From a virus (lineage: Duplodnaviria; Caudoviricetes), in the IMG/VR virus record IMGVR_UViG_3300028797_000139, positions 27,055 through 91,054 of that record: a DNA stretch of 64,000 nt. One strand, given 5' to 3'. The notes below the pieces were generated by a model. That model saw nothing but the letters and a program-made list of their open reading frames with translations, had not been told where the DNA came from and searched no databases. The position numbers were made by a program, and so were the translations under genes. This document shows positions 46,443 to 59,100 of this stretch, piece after piece (within the stretch, counting starts at the first letter, position 1; the number at the start of each line of letters is the position of its first letter).

Positions 46443-47188
46443 TTAAGCAATCCCATCCGTTCTTGTAGCACTAAAAACGCTTCTCTGGTTAAGGGCTTTT
46501 GCCAATTATAAGCACCTTTACCATCACCTTTAATAATGCCTTTTTTAATAGCTTTATCACAAGCGTCTTTTGCCCAAGAACTTGGATTACTACTGTCTGC
46601 TTCGTTTAAGTATTGATTCATAAATTGCTTAAACTGTTCGTATGTCATGTCTTCATCCTCCATTTTTACAGGATAAATACTACCATTTTTTAATCTTTTG
46701 TTCACTTCTTCCGCAATAGCGGGAAACCTTTCTTCTAAATAAGGCCCCGGACAAGCAGTAGCAGTAAACATTTTGTGCATGGTTAAATTTCCATAGCTAT
46801 CTCCTGTATAATTCAAAGATGCTATTCCATTCCTCTGACAAATATCTACGCATAATTGAATTAATTTTTCATAAGCTACATCATTAACAGGCCAAGGATT
46901 GCCAACTTTGCTATTAGCAACTTCAATAGTCACTGCCCGGTTATCATTATAACTATTACTGCTTGCCCAAGAACGATTGCTTTCACTTACATATAAACCA
47001 ACTCTGCCATCACCATCTATACCATAATTAGAACTGGCTTGTTGTTTAGTATTGGCAAAAATATTTCCACATTGTTCAACTGTTAAAATTCCTGCCATAT
47101 GATGAATAGTAATTTTATCAATCTTAGCTGTTCTTGTAGAATAATTTGGCGAAAATTTAGTATAATCAACTAAAGAGCTATTGCTCAT
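46439..47188 (-). CDS. endolysin, N-acetylmuramoyl-L-alanine amidase (Amidase_2) with SLH-like C-terminus
   Basis: ITIHHMA, SSNY, TIEVAN, HK..ATACPG; SWA...GIIKG...TRE. Confidence 0.9.
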   Translation of the reverse strand: MSNSSLVDYTKFSPNYSTRTAKIDKITIHHMAGILTVEQCGNIFANTKQQASSNYGIDGDGRVGLYVSESNRSWASSNSYNDNRAVTIEVANSKVGNPWPVNDVAYEKLIQLCVDICQRNGIASLNYTGDSYGNLTMHKMFTATACPGPYLEERFPAIAEEVNKRLKNGSIYPVKMEDEDMTYEQFKQFMNQYLNEADSSNPSSWAKDACDKAIKKGIIKGDGKGAYNWQKPLTREAFLVLQERMGLLK

Positions 47189-47199
47189 AATACTACCTC

Positions 47200-47382
47200 T
47201 TAAAAATTGTCTTTGTCAGTAGGATTGTTGATAATTCCAAAACCAATTAACACGGGCAGTAACACATTAAGAAAACCATTAACAGTTTCTTCAATATCAA
47301 CGCCAAAGAATTCCTTTACACAAAAGACAATTAAAGCCGCAATAGAAAGCCACAAGGCCCAACTTCTTAATCTATTTTGCAT
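47200..47382 (-). CDS. holin
   Basis: QNRLRS, two TM segments, GIINNPT. Confidence 0.85.
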   Translation of the reverse strand: MQNRLRSWALWLSIAALIVFCVKEFFGVDIEETVNGFLNVLLPVLIGFGIINNPTDKDNF

Positions 47383-47395
47383 AATTTTTCCTCCT

Positions 47396-47851
47396 TTAAT
47401 TTACAACTTCCCAGCCTTGCGGGTAGGAAGAAGGACTATACACATTGTTTGGAATTTTACTTCTATAAACAATATCATTTTCTATACAACATTCGTCAAC
47501 ATCATAGGGGCTTGTAGCTAAAGCAATAAAAGGTAAGGCATCTTCAGGATTAGTAGACCACTTAAATCCCCACTGCGCTGATAATTCCTCCGGCTCTTGC
47601 GAATAAATATCACTGTCATACAATTGAATTAATTTAACAACTCGCCCTGCCGTACTTTTACACACAAAACCAATAGAACGATTTAGCATATTTTTTAATG
47701 TCTTAGCAGTTTGAAAATCAGGAATAAATTCTTTCTTTTCATATAACTGTGTTCCAGTCATTGATTCAGATTGCTGTTGTACATTTTGTGCCATGTTTTT
47801 GCCATAGGCTTTCATGGTTTTCAGTACAAATTGTTTATTAGTCAACTTCAT
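47396..47851 (-). CDS. tail-associated protein with CBM-like C-terminus
   Basis: TSPY...NVYSPSSYPQGW. Confidence 0.65.
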   Translation of the reverse strand: MKLTNKQFVLKTMKAYGKNMAQNVQQQSESMTGTQLYEKKEFIPDFQTAKTLKNMLNRSIGFVCKSTAGRVVKLIQLYDSDIYSQEPEELSAQWGFKWSTNPEDALPFIALATSPYDVDECCIENDIVYRSKIPNNVYSPSSYPQGWEVVN

Positions 47852-48128
47852 TCACCCCTTCTGTAATAGCTTGGGCAATGGCATCCCAAACTTCATCCGT
47901 ACTATCGCCAGAAGGTGTAGGCACATCAGGTTCGGGTTCAGGTTCAGGAACTTCGCGCCCTGTCATAGAAATCACGATATTTCCTTCAACTTCAATATCT
48001 ACAAAAGGAAAACTATCAGGAATCTCTAAATCTTCAGGGACAATAGCCCAACCTTGTGGCACAACATGACCACCCGTCATATTCCTATGCCCACCATTTT
48101 CTAATTGTTGTATTTCAATAATTAACAT
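47838..48128 (-). CDS. hypothetical tail-associated protein
   Basis: start at MLIIEI; PEPEPEP linker. Confidence 0.6.
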   Translation of the reverse strand: MLIIEIQQLENGGHRNMTGGHVVPQGWAIVPEDLEIPDSFPFVDIEVEGNIVISMTGREVPEPEPEPDVPTPSGDSTDEVWDAIAQAITEGVNEVD

Positions 48129-48144
48129 AAACGCACCTCTTTTT

Positions 48145-49035
48145 CTATCCAAGAGCAATATATTTATAATGTGTACCAGCAGTTTTCATCGTACTTAATG
48201 TAACAGTATTGCCACTAAAAGATACGTTTGTATAAGTTGCACCCCAAATAAAATAAGAAGAAGCAGAAGAATTAGTTGGCGTGATAAATATAATTGAAGG
48301 TAGAAAATCAAAAGTTAAAACAACATCATTATCTACTCCAATATATTCCCCCGATTGTGTTTTAGGTGCCAAATGAGTAAAAGTTAAATAATCAGGCATA
48401 TATCTATATTCATAACCATTAGCAATACCTTCTGTGTGTGCGGATTCGTTATCGCTCCATTCATAGCTCCAATCGCCATAAGAAACTTGTCCATACACCC
48501 TTTGGGAACTAATGTTAACAACATAATAGGTACTGCTTCCTACAGTTTCTGTGGTATAAGTTACATCGGGTGCATTGGAAGGTGTATAATACACAGTATT
48601 GCTTGAAGAAGATGTAGCCCAATATTTTCCTTTCAAAGTCGTATTCAAAGTTGCGGCCCCATGATTGATATAAGTAAAACTAACAGAAGAAATAGTGCCA
48701 GATAAACTTACTAAGCCGGTATCTTGATTAATGCTAATAGAAGAAGAATAATATCGTGTAGTATTAACACTATTACTTGTATTACGATAAATAGCCACTA
48801 AAGAAGCATCTGCTTTATATTCTCCAAAACTTACTGTACGTTTCCACCAAATTTTTTTATTCAAAGGCACAATGGCATTAAAGGCATCATTAGCTGTTTT
48901 ATTCGCACCACTTAAAACCAGAAAATTAACTAAATCACTATCATTTAACAAAACTTGTTGACTGGTATTTTTAGGATAAAGTGTATTATAATCACTACCC
49001 GTATATTGCTTCATGGTAAAATTAATATTCGCCAT
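48145..49035 (-). CDS. tail fibre/receptor-binding candidate
   Basis: YNTLYPK N-terminus, YKYIALG end. Confidence 0.55.
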   Translation of the reverse strand: MANINFTMKQYTGSDYNTLYPKNTSQQVLLNDSDLVNFLVLSGANKTANDAFNAIVPLNKKIWWKRTVSFGEYKADASLVAIYRNTSNSVNTTRYYSSSISINQDTGLVSLSGTISSVSFTYINHGAATLNTTLKGKYWATSSSSNTVYYTPSNAPDVTYTTETVGSSTYYVVNISSQRVYGQVSYGDWSYEWSDNESAHTEGIANGYEYRYMPDYLTFTHLAPKTQSGEYIGVDNDVVLTFDFLPSIIFITPTNSSASSYFIWGATYTNVSFSGNTVTLSTMKTAGTHYKYIALG

Positions 49036-49049
49036 AATTTCACCTCAAT

Positions 49050-49331
49050 TCAATCAATTTGAAAATAAATTTGTCCCCTTGATAATGTAGGGGGCGTTTC
49101 TGCAACTTGAATTTTATCTGCCTTAAAAGAAGTATCAACAGGATTGGTTTCTAATTCATAAATTAAATCTGTCAAATTATTAAACCAAGACGCATTAGCA
49201 AACTTACTAATTAATTGTGAACTATTGTTTAACAAACTCAAAACAGCGGCATAATTTCCATTCGTCCAATATGTTTGAAGCGTAGTCCACAGACTTCTTT
49301 CATTAGCACCAATATCTTGTAATAAAGCCAT
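49050..49331 (-). CDS. baseplate-region protein
   Basis: ORF, position. Confidence 0.55.
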   Translation of the reverse strand: MALLQDIGANERSLWTTLQTYWTNGNYAAVLSLLNNSSQLISKFANASWFNNLTDLIYELETNPVDTSFKADKIQVAETPPTLSRGQIYFQID

Positions 49332-49342
49332 AATTTATCTCC

Positions 49343-49657
49343 TTATGCGGTGCCTGTAACTTGAAACCAAAAATCGCCCACTTCTTGTGCAGAAGGTTCT
49401 GGGACAGAAACTACATAAGCAGGATTATATTTTTCAGCATAAAACCTTTGTACTTGTTGACAAGTTGTAGCAATTTTATTTAAGTATTGTGCAGTAATAA
49501 TTTTTTGTTCGTAATTAGGAATGGTTAATAAAACGCTACTTGCTTCTTGGGCATCTTGTCTTTGCCTTGCATCTTGGTATTGTTTAATTAATTCGCCATC
49601 ACTAACTGTCATATCTAACATAGTAGGAAAAGTGACAATTTCTTCAGGAAAGCCCAT
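49343..49657 (-). CDS. baseplate-region protein
   Basis: ORF, EPSAQEVGDFWF. Confidence 0.55.
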   Translation of the reverse strand: MGFPEEIVTFPTMLDMTVSDGELIKQYQDARQRQDAQEASSVLLTIPNYEQKIITAQYLNKIATTCQQVQRFYAEKYNPAYVVSVPEPSAQEVGDFWFQVTGTA

Positions 49658-49661
49658 CTTA

Positions 49662-50573
49662 TCACTCCTTTTCTAACACAGGGATTAACCCAACATCTTG
49701 CATTGCCGCTATATCTTCAGCATCACATAATTCACCATAATCAAAATTAGTGTCCATCATTCCCATGCCCCATTGATTATCGTAAGACACAGAAGGTTCG
49801 CCAATAATAAATACACACCAAGCGTTTCCATTATAATCTTTTATAAACTTAGCCTTTTTGTTAGTCAACCATTTCATAAATTCATTCTTTTGTAAAACCA
49901 TTTCTTTACGATTAAACACGCCAGTATTTTCATAATTGCCTAACAGCTTGCCAGTAAAAGAACCTGTTTGATAATTATTTTCTCCATTAGAAACATAAAC
50001 AGGATATTTTCTTCCTAAAGGATTATAAACTGCTACTTGTTGTATATATTGGCTATGTCCATAACTAACACCAGCCATAAACTTATAAATTGTATTGGCA
50101 TCACAAATATAAACGCCTTGGAATTTACTTTCTATGGATTCTATAATATAATTCCCCTCTATTCCTGCCAAAACAGGAACCCACGCATATTCATATTCTT
50201 CTGCATAAATAGCAAAATTGTCTTGACCACTAAAGTTAAAATCAGTTTCATCATTAATTGCTTGTTCATAAATAGTAAGCCATTCAAATTCGCCTTTTTT
50301 ACGCCGCTTAATTCTAATACTATCCACTTGACTAACTAAATTGTCAATCGAACCAGCAGAAATATCACCATTAAAATTAGCTAACATAATAGTATAGAAA
50401 TCCCAATCGGTGGGAACATTAGTTGAATAAGCTTCAGTAACATTTCTTGTTACAAAGAAATCATTAAATTCAGCGTTTTGTAAAGTAATAGAATCAATAG
50501 TTTGCACAGCCACAGGAAAAGGATTTAATGAGTCGCCATCACTTAAAAAATTATATCCTAATAATTGTATCAT
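49662..50573 (-). CDS. putative distal tail protein
   Basis: position after TMP; WLTNKKAKFIKD motif. Confidence 0.55.
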   Translation of the reverse strand: MIQLLGYNFLSDGDSLNPFPVAVQTIDSITLQNAEFNDFFVTRNVTEAYSTNVPTDWDFYTIMLANFNGDISAGSIDNLVSQVDSIRIKRRKKGEFEWLTIYEQAINDETDFNFSGQDNFAIYAEEYEYAWVPVLAGIEGNYIIESIESKFQGVYICDANTIYKFMAGVSYGHSQYIQQVAVYNPLGRKYPVYVSNGENNYQTGSFTGKLLGNYENTGVFNRKEMVLQKNEFMKWLTNKKAKFIKDYNGNAWCVFIIGEPSVSYDNQWGMGMMDTNFDYGELCDAEDIAAMQDVGLIPVLEKE

Positions 50574-51640
50574 TAAATCACCCCCAACTGTACACTATAA
50601 GTACCATACATATATCTTACTTGAATACATATAACATCTGAAGAAGAAGGAATCGCAATAGAATTACTATAACATATATAGCCCATATCTGCCACTAACC
50701 AAATCATAACTTTTGTAGAATCTTCAGGGTCAAAAATATAATTAATTAATACCTTGTTCCCATTTTCATCTTGGGCATTAATTAAAGTTGTCCCTACAAT
50801 GGGATTTTGCACCCATGCTTTCATTGTATAATTGCCGCTAATTGCAAAATTATTATTCCAATTAACATACGAACCTTCTGCCGTTAAATCCACGCCATCA
50901 GTAGTATAAATAGGGGGAGAAGGACTACTATTTCCTTCAATAGCTATAGCCAAAGATTCATATAAAATATACCCTTCATCACAATTATTGGTTAAATTTA
51001 AGATACTATAGTTACTTGGCTGTAAATAACTGGCTGTAAAATTAATAAAACCAGTGTCTATAAATGTACCTTCTATAGTATGTCCTATCGCTCTAATGTA
51101 ATAAGCAGTATCATTTTCTAATCCATTGAAGCTATAACTTACACTAAAGTTATATAAAGGCGAAGCAACATATTGTGTATTACTTGTGGCAATTTGCACT
51201 CTTGAAGCATTATATAAAATAAACGTATAGTCATTTAATGTTTCGTTTTCTATTTGTACATAGGAGGCTGAAGGAGCAATAGAAGAATTACTAACTATAT
51301 CTCCCTCTTCGATATTTGTAATTTCCCAAGTAGGCGTGGTATAACAATAAAATTGTATAATATTAGAATTTACTGAAATATCACCGTTGCCATTTTCTGT
51401 TACAATATAAGCATTATAGTAAGTACCATTACTCAATCCCACGGCATTAGCAGGAACAATTGCTTTGTATTGATAACTTGTAGTGGCTAAAGTGTACACA
51501 ATTTCATTAGTGCTATTGTCTAATATGTATAGAGTATTTCCTACAACAGCATCCCCACCAATTACATTAAATGTAAAAGTACAACCATCTGCTACATCCC
51601 AAGCCACTACATTATCCAAAATGGGTTTAGTTAACGCCAA
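50573..51640 (-). CDS. FN3-like tail/baseplate protein
   Basis: LSNGTYY and GLENDTAYYIR repeats. Confidence 0.6.
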   Translation of the reverse strand: MALTKPILDNVVAWDVADGCTFTFNVIGGDAVVGNTLYILDNSTNEIVYTLATTSYQYKAIVPANAVGLSNGTYYNAYIVTENGNGDISVNSNIIQFYCYTTPTWEITNIEEGDIVSNSSIAPSASYVQIENETLNDYTFILYNASRVQIATSNTQYVASPLYNFSVSYSFNGLENDTAYYIRAIGHTIEGTFIDTGFINFTASYLQPSNYSILNLTNNCDEGYILYESLAIAIEGNSSPSPPIYTTDGVDLTAEGSYVNWNNNFAISGNYTMKAWVQNPIVGTTLINAQDENGNKVLINYIFDPEDSTKVMIWLVADMGYICYSNSIAIPSSSDVICIQVRYMYGTYSVQLGVI

Positions 51641-51654
51641 TTATTTTCACCCCT

Positions 51655-53091
51655 TTATAATCCCGGATAATCAGGATAATATTTCATCAACGTAACGCTC
51701 ATGGTATCATCTATGTCAAAACCGAAACTAAATGATTTAATTAAATATAAATTAGTTTCGTGATTTCTATGAGTTGTATATTGCACTAAAGTATTAACAT
51801 CTAACCAAGCCACAGGCAAACAAGTTAAAGTTACAGTATTTTGCATATTTGTGTGAATATATAATTCATACTTAGCCCTTTGAAGAGCCAAATCATCTGT
51901 CATGCAATTATCATAATCGCCACCATATAAAGGCAACCGAATTTCACCAACTGTACCACCCACATAAAATGGACTATCAGGATTTTCGTCTTTGACTTCA
52001 GCATAAGATTGTAAATGCCCTATCCATCTAAAATAAGGAGTAGTACCACCCACATATTGCACACAATAATAAACTTCTCCACTTTCGGCTTCTATATTAG
52101 CACTTCTTCCCGGTTCTATTAAAACATTATAAGAAGATAAACTATTTATTCGCAAAGTAGGGGCAGTAATACCAGTATTATTAGTTAAAGTAAAACCATA
52201 TATAACACCATCAGTATAACTATCTACTTCGTCTATAGTCAAAGTTAATCTGTTCCACAAAGAACTATAAGTAGTTGTTGTAGAAAAATACGCAGGGTCA
52301 TGTGTTCTCCCCCACACTTCTATATAATTTTTAATATTTTGAAAATCTACTTCAACTTTTTCTGTAATAACAATATCTTTCCATAAACTATCATCTATTT
52401 GAACAGGTTCATTTTCGCCTGTGGGAATAGGTTCATAATGAAAAACGCCATCTACATCAAAATAAATTTCATAACTTGGGTAAACATCCCTTAGACCAGA
52501 CAACACAGTATAAATCGTTGACCCCTGTGAAAAATTTAATTCTATAGGAAGCAACCCAGAATCAGGGGCTTCTTCACAAATATATTTTGTAAAACCACTT
52601 AATAAAAATGTGTCTATGATAGCTTGCCTTATATTTTCCCCCGCTTGAATAGTAACAGGGACACCGGGTAAATAACCATTTCTAACGCCAGACAATTTAC
52701 TCATAAGGTCTAATAGGCTTAATTCTAATGTATTGTTTAACGCATCATATTCAAAAGTTGGGGCATCAACTACAAACGTACCAATTTTCGTGTATATTAC
52801 TTCATTTTTTGCCACCATTTTCGTTCCTAAATACAAAGTAATATACTTATCTAACCAAACTTTACTTCCAGAATTGACTTCAAAACTACTATCAGTTATA
52901 AGGATTTTTAACGTAGCCGAACGCCGCATATCTGAATCAGCATTAACATTAATAGAACCATTTTCAGTAATTCCTTCTAAACTATCTACCACTTGAAAGT
53001 TAGAATTTAACAATTCTATGCGCGTATATTTATTTTGAATAGATTGCTTAACACTACGAAGTTCATCGTTTGTAATATTCAGTTGTGCCAA
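51655..53091 (-). CDS. baseplate hub/tail protein
   Basis: first gene after TMP; DMRRSA, LDLMSKL, YFDVDG, PVAWLDVN. Confidence 0.65.
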   Translation of the reverse strand: MAQLNITNDELRSVKQSIQNKYTRIELLNSNFQVVDSLEGITENGSINVNADSDMRRSATLKILITDSSFEVNSGSKVWLDKYITLYLGTKMVAKNEVIYTKIGTFVVDAPTFEYDALNNTLELSLLDLMSKLSGVRNGYLPGVPVTIQAGENIRQAIIDTFLLSGFTKYICEEAPDSGLLPIELNFSQGSTIYTVLSGLRDVYPSYEIYFDVDGVFHYEPIPTGENEPVQIDDSLWKDIVITEKVEVDFQNIKNYIEVWGRTHDPAYFSTTTTYSSLWNRLTLTIDEVDSYTDGVIYGFTLTNNTGITAPTLRINSLSSYNVLIEPGRSANIEAESGEVYYCVQYVGGTTPYFRWIGHLQSYAEVKDENPDSPFYVGGTVGEIRLPLYGGDYDNCMTDDLALQRAKYELYIHTNMQNTVTLTCLPVAWLDVNTLVQYTTHRNHETNLYLIKSFSFGFDIDDTMSVTLMKYYPDYPGL

Positions 53092-53158
53092 TCTTAGACC
53101 TCCTTTCTATATAATTATAGGCCAAACATAAAGTTTGGCCTATAACTAATATATATAA

Positions 53159-56100
53159 TTAATGAACAAAACTTAACACTTGTCCAAATAAATTATTTCT
53201 AATGTATTCCACAAAACCTTGTCCATCAGTAACATTGGGCAAGTTCAACGCTTGAATAGTAACATTCATATTCTTGCTTTGAGAATTAGCTACTTGCTGT
53301 GAATATTGATTGGGCGTTAATTGCCCCCAAGCCATCAAATTGCGTGTTAAATCATGAGGAATAATACCATCGCCTTGACCTAACACTCTTAATTCCGCAC
53401 CTTTTTCGCCCACTAAAGACAAACCACCAATAGAACTTAATGTCCCATTGGCATATCCATGTGCAGATTTCCATTTATTTAAGAAACTTTCTGTAGAATC
53501 ATATTGGTCAATACCTTCGCCAAGCATTTTAGCATCTCGCAAAGCCGCCATTTGAACAGCTTCTTCATAAGTCTTGGAATTTAATATCTTTTCAGAATAA
53601 TCGACATTGGCATCATAATCCAGACCACCTGTTAAAGCACCAATTAAATCAGTAGCTTTCTTAACAGATTCCATGATTCCAATATATTTATTCGCCCAAA
53701 TACCAGCAGTACCAACTAATTCTTCCCAACCCTTTAAGGTAGTATCAATACCTAATTGCTGAGATAATAAAACTTGATTTTGAATCTTTTGATAATCAGA
53801 ATTAAAATCAGACCATTCGTCTTTTAATTTACCAAGGGCATCTTTCTGTGCTTCTAAGCCATCTATAGTTTCATTAAAGGATTCTTCTTTTAAGTATTCA
53901 TCTAATTCAGAAGCAGCGGCAGATACAGCGTCTATGTCTTCGGCATATTGCCAATGTCCATCCTTATAAACCATAGTTTTAGTTTGTCTTGCCCTTGCCA
54001 ACTTGTCTAACTTTTCTTCTAAATCAACTTGTTTCTTTAATTCTTTATTATTCGCTTGCAAAGCTTCAATTTGTGCATCAATATCATCAATTTGATTTTG
54101 ATAATAATCTTGCATAAAGCCTTGTAAAACTTCAATGGCTTGTTTTTGTTCATCTAATTCATCTTGATAAGCATCTAACATATCAAGATAGTTTTGTAAA
54201 ACTTCATCAGAAATATCGTTTAATTTATTTTGCCAACTCCACCATTCTTTACTTAGACCATTAATTTCAGTTAAAATTTCTTTAACTTCTTCTTCAGATA
54301 AACCTAAGTCTTTGGCGTTCTTGACATTTTCTCTTAATAATTCAGCTTCTTCGTGTAAATTATCTTGAACTTCACGAATTTTCTGAACCCTTATTCTCCA
54401 TTCTGCGCTTTGCGCTTCTAATAATTCGTATTCACTTTTTAATAAACTGCCTTGTACTTCTAAAATATCTTTGTCCAAAGCATGAATTTTATCCTGCCAA
54501 TCCCACCATTCAGAGCTTAAACCATTAATTTCTGTTTGAATATCTTCAACTTCTTGTTCAGAAAGCCCAAGTTCCTCGGCTTGATTGACCATATTTCTTA
54601 ATTCTTCAGCTTGTTCATGTAAGCTATCTTGAATAGCTTTCATCTTTTCTTGACGGGAATCAACAGAAGCACCCTGCGCTTCCATCAATGTTAATTCACT
54701 TTCAAGTAAATCCCTATGACTTACAATTCTGCTAATAGAATCCTCAATATCTTGGATTCTTGTATCCATAGATTCATATAAGTCATTAATATCAGATTGT
54801 AAAGAAAACCATTCTACGCCAAGTTCATTTATATGCTTTAGAATTTCTTCTACTTCTGCTTCATTTAAGCCCAAAACATCTGCATTGGCAACTAATTCCC
54901 TTAATGTTTCTGCCTCAATATGAAGTTCGTTTTGAATTTGTTTAATAATTTCAATACGCTTTTCTTCAGAAACGCCTTGGGCTTCCATTAATTTAAGTTG
55001 ACTTTCCAGATAATCTCTGTGGTCTTTTCTGGATTCAGCAGAATTTATTAAATTTTCAGTAATTTGCTGTTGCCAATCTAAGGTTTCTTTAGTATAATCA
55101 ACAACATCTTTTTGTGCTTCTAAATCGCCATTGACATATTCAGAAGTGGTTTTCATATATTCTATTAATTCAGAATATACGTCACATACTTCTTGGCTTT
55201 TATTATTTAATTCTTTCGTAGAAGCATTTTGTTTTTCTAATAAATCATATTCGCTTTTTAATAAATCAATACGATTTTTATAACTATTTATAATATCTTC
55301 ATTAGATTCAACAATAGCTTGTGTTGCTACAGAAGCAGAAGCAGAACTTATGCCACCACTTGAACCTCCTGAAGAAGAGCCAGAATTACTACCGCCAGTA
55401 GAACCAGTAGCACCACTAACAGTAACACCACTGCGAGGAATAAAACCAGAAGATTGTCCTACGCCACCGCCGCCAACAAAAGCATCAATAACGCCACTTA
55501 ATCTACGACCGCTTAAAATATCTTGCGTTTCTTCAGCAGTATAAACAGTTGCACCTTTTTCAAGATTGGTAACAGTTGGTAAACCTCCACCAGCAATTCT
55601 GGCTGTGTTACCTTCTTGAATAAGTTCTGGGCCTTCTTCGTTAACTAAAGCAGTACCACCGGGAGCATTGCTTGTACCAGAAGCATAACCCTTATTAAGA
55701 TTTTTAAGATTTTGCGAAATAGTGACAGGAATAGTTACTTTCTGTGTTGCCAAATGGTCTAATTTTTGTTGTACTTTAATAACTTCCCTGTCAAAACTCG
55801 TCGTGTTCAAAGTTACAGTTGGGTCTGCATTAGAATCATCCACATCATCTAAAGCGTCTTCTGTATTACTTGCTTCTGTTTGTGCTTCCATAGCCTTGGT
55901 AATCATATCGTCTAATCCAGAAATAGGATTACCAAAAGTTAATCCTTCAATTTCTCCCAAAGAACTAACGACATCACGAATATCTTGCTCTGTAGCACCT
56001 GCCGCCACCATATTGTCTACTAATGTCTGTAAGTCTACACTTGCCACACCATCAGCAGTATATTTAATAGCATCTAAGCTTTCGGCTAACCCCAGTGCTT

Positions 56101-59100
56101 GGGTAGAACTCATAGAGGTTTGTATGCCAAAAATTTCTAAAGCGTCAGCTAAAGCCCCAAGCAATCCTTCATCTACTTCAAATTCTTCACCAATTTTATC
56201 CCAATCGGCACTAAGAATTTGAATTCCATCAGAAGTTTCCACAAAAGAAGCAATTACATCATCATTACTATCAACTAAATCGCGTTGTGTACCAATAATG
56301 CCATTTACTTCATCAACATAAGGGCCAATTTCTTTTGCCGCACCAGATAAAGCAGATATAACATTAGCACCATAATCTTCTCCATTACCAGAAAATACAG
56401 CACTCCAAAATTCATTACCAAGCAACTCGCCTAATGCCTGATAATCATTTTGTAACTCATCCTGTTTATCAGACGGGAAGAATAGTTCGATACCTGCTTG
56501 AAATGCTTCAGAACCAATAAGACCTTGCTCATAAGCGTCTAAGAAAGTCTGAAAAGCAGTAGCATATTGCTTAAAAGTATCGCCTTTTTCAGAAGAAGTG
56601 GCATCTTGAAATTCCTGTAATTTTTGTGTAGCCGCAATTAATTCATCTTCTAAAGTAGAAAATGCCGCGATTTGTTCATGAATAGATTGTGTAAATCCAC
56701 TTGATGCACTATCAGCAGAAGTTAAAGATGCTTTCCATTCACTAATTTTGGTTTGCATTTCACTAACAGAAATACCATATTTATCTGCGGCTTCCTTCAA
56801 ATCCATAGTTCCTTGTAAATATTGAGAAACTAATTGTGAAAAGATTGCACCTTCTATTTCGTCTGTAAATGCTTCACCAAGTTGTTCTTTTGCTTCAATG
56901 ACAGTTTTATTACCTTTAAGAACAGCATCAACAACATTTTGTTCATATTTATTTAAGCTATCTGCATAAGTTTGATACTCATTGTTAGCAGTCCTAATGG
57001 CATCTGTAACAGAATTAAAACTATTTTCTGCGCTATAACGCCATTCTTCTAAGTAAACAACATTTTCAAGTATTTGCGAATTAGCTTCGGTTAAATTTTC
57101 GCTTAAAATATCTCCACCAGTAAAAGCCGCATATTCAACTTGCAAATCATGCCATGCTTGCATCGCTTCTTCTTGAGCTTCAAGTTTTGGATGCTCACCA
57201 TATGCATCTACATAATCACGAAAATGTTGTTCAATTTCAGCTATTCTTTCACTAATTTGTGTTTCTGTATCTAAGCGATACTCATTGGCTTTAATTTCTG
57301 CATCAGTAAGAACAGCCATTCTTTGTTTGTATTCTTCTTCTTGACGCAGTAAATTAACATATTCGTCACCGCCAGCGACTACTTCGTCCCACACTAAACT
57401 TTGTTGATATTCTTGTTGTAACCGAAGTAATTCTTGATATTTGGCTATGTCAGCATCCAATGTCGCACTACCAACAGAAATAAATCCATCAGAAGTTTCA
57501 GCTAATTGTTGTTGAATATTTAATAATTCTTCGCTTTCTTCTGCCGTTAATGCTACTTTACTTTTTAATTCATCATATCTATCAATTAAATCTAAAGTGG
57601 CAGTATTAGAATCAATTTTGCCTTGAATATCTTCTATATTAGATAAAGATTCGTTAATTCTATCTAAATCAGTAGGTAAATTTTTAATATAATTTACTAA
57701 TTTAACAATAAGTGTAATAACAGTAGTGATAATCATAATTGGCCCTAAAGAAGTGCCAAAAATACCACCCATTAATCCTTCTTTACCACCTATTGAAGTC
57801 AAAGCCTCTGTTAATGTCATAGTCTTAGAACTAACTAAAGACATTACAGTACCTAAATTAGTAAATTGTCCAATAAGATTCGGCAACACTTTGCTTGCTT
57901 TAAGTAAGCCTGTTGCACCCCAACCAATACCAGTTAATAATGTAATTTGTGTAATTATTTGTCCTAAACCAGTATCGGCTAATTTTAGAAAACCATCAGC
58001 TAAAGATAATAAAGAAGAAATTAATTCTTTATTTATAACATCTGTAGCCAAAGATTGAAAATCTGCTTTAAGCAGGTTTGTTTGAGCTTCGCTTTATATT
58101 TGTTAAGAAGTGCTAATTCTTAACTTGTAAATATTACAACTCTCCCTTTCAGGACGAGAATTGACCATATCTTAGCCATAAGGCTCCACCTTTTTTGGGG
58201 ACAAGCACTTTCCCCTACTCCTTAAAGGATGGTCGATGAACCTTGAACTATATATTTTAGTCCCTTGGATGCGGATTATCCAATCTATCTTATTGTTACT
58301 ATACCTTCTGCATTACCAGTTGCCATTATATTGTCACCAATATAATTTAGTAAAGATAGCTCTAAGGAAGTTCCCGCAGTTAAAGTGGTTTTAAGTAGCC
58401 CCATTTTATTAAGGCTCTCCATATAAGCCTCGTTCTCCTGCATTGCGGAACCAGAAGAATTAAGCGCAGTATTTGTAGCTTCGATGGCAGTATCAAAGTT
58501 CTGCATTAAAGCGCCAAGTTGTACGCTTTGATTTGCCCCGGCTTGAATATTTAAAAAGTATTTTTGTTCATTTTCAGATAGGGTGTCCCAAATCTGTGAA
58601 ACATCATATAATGTATCATATAATGACCTTAATTGTCCATCTTGGTCATAAAGTTGAATATTATTTTGGTTATAGAAATCAATAAGTTTTTGGCCTGTAG
58701 AAGATGTTTCGTCCAAAATTTGATTATAACGGCTCTGGACTGAGACAAGTCAATATTATTACCCAAGTTCGCTACTCTTGGACGGAAAGAATTTCCCCAG
58801 AATCGTTTTATATTCTTCTGAATGTTCTATTTGCCAAAACGGTAGTCTTATCAAAGTTATTCCATTTTGTAAACAGAATTGATTCTTCACACTATCGTTA
58901 GATTTTAATATATTAAAATTTTCTTCTGCTTCTTCTTTAGTAGCACCAAACCATGTGACAGGCTTAAAATGTTGCAAACCATCAACTTCAATGCAAATAT
59001 TTTTGTCCGATACATAAAAATCAAATTGCAACAATTTTCCTTTTTTGCCACGGCAACCATCAAATATCTTTTCTTTTGTATAGATTATTTTATTTAATTT

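Noticed and set aside
37190-49035. Diversity-generating retroelement
   Set aside because: No reverse transcriptase and no adenine-specific TR/VR pair noticed; the paralogue similarity is N-terminal
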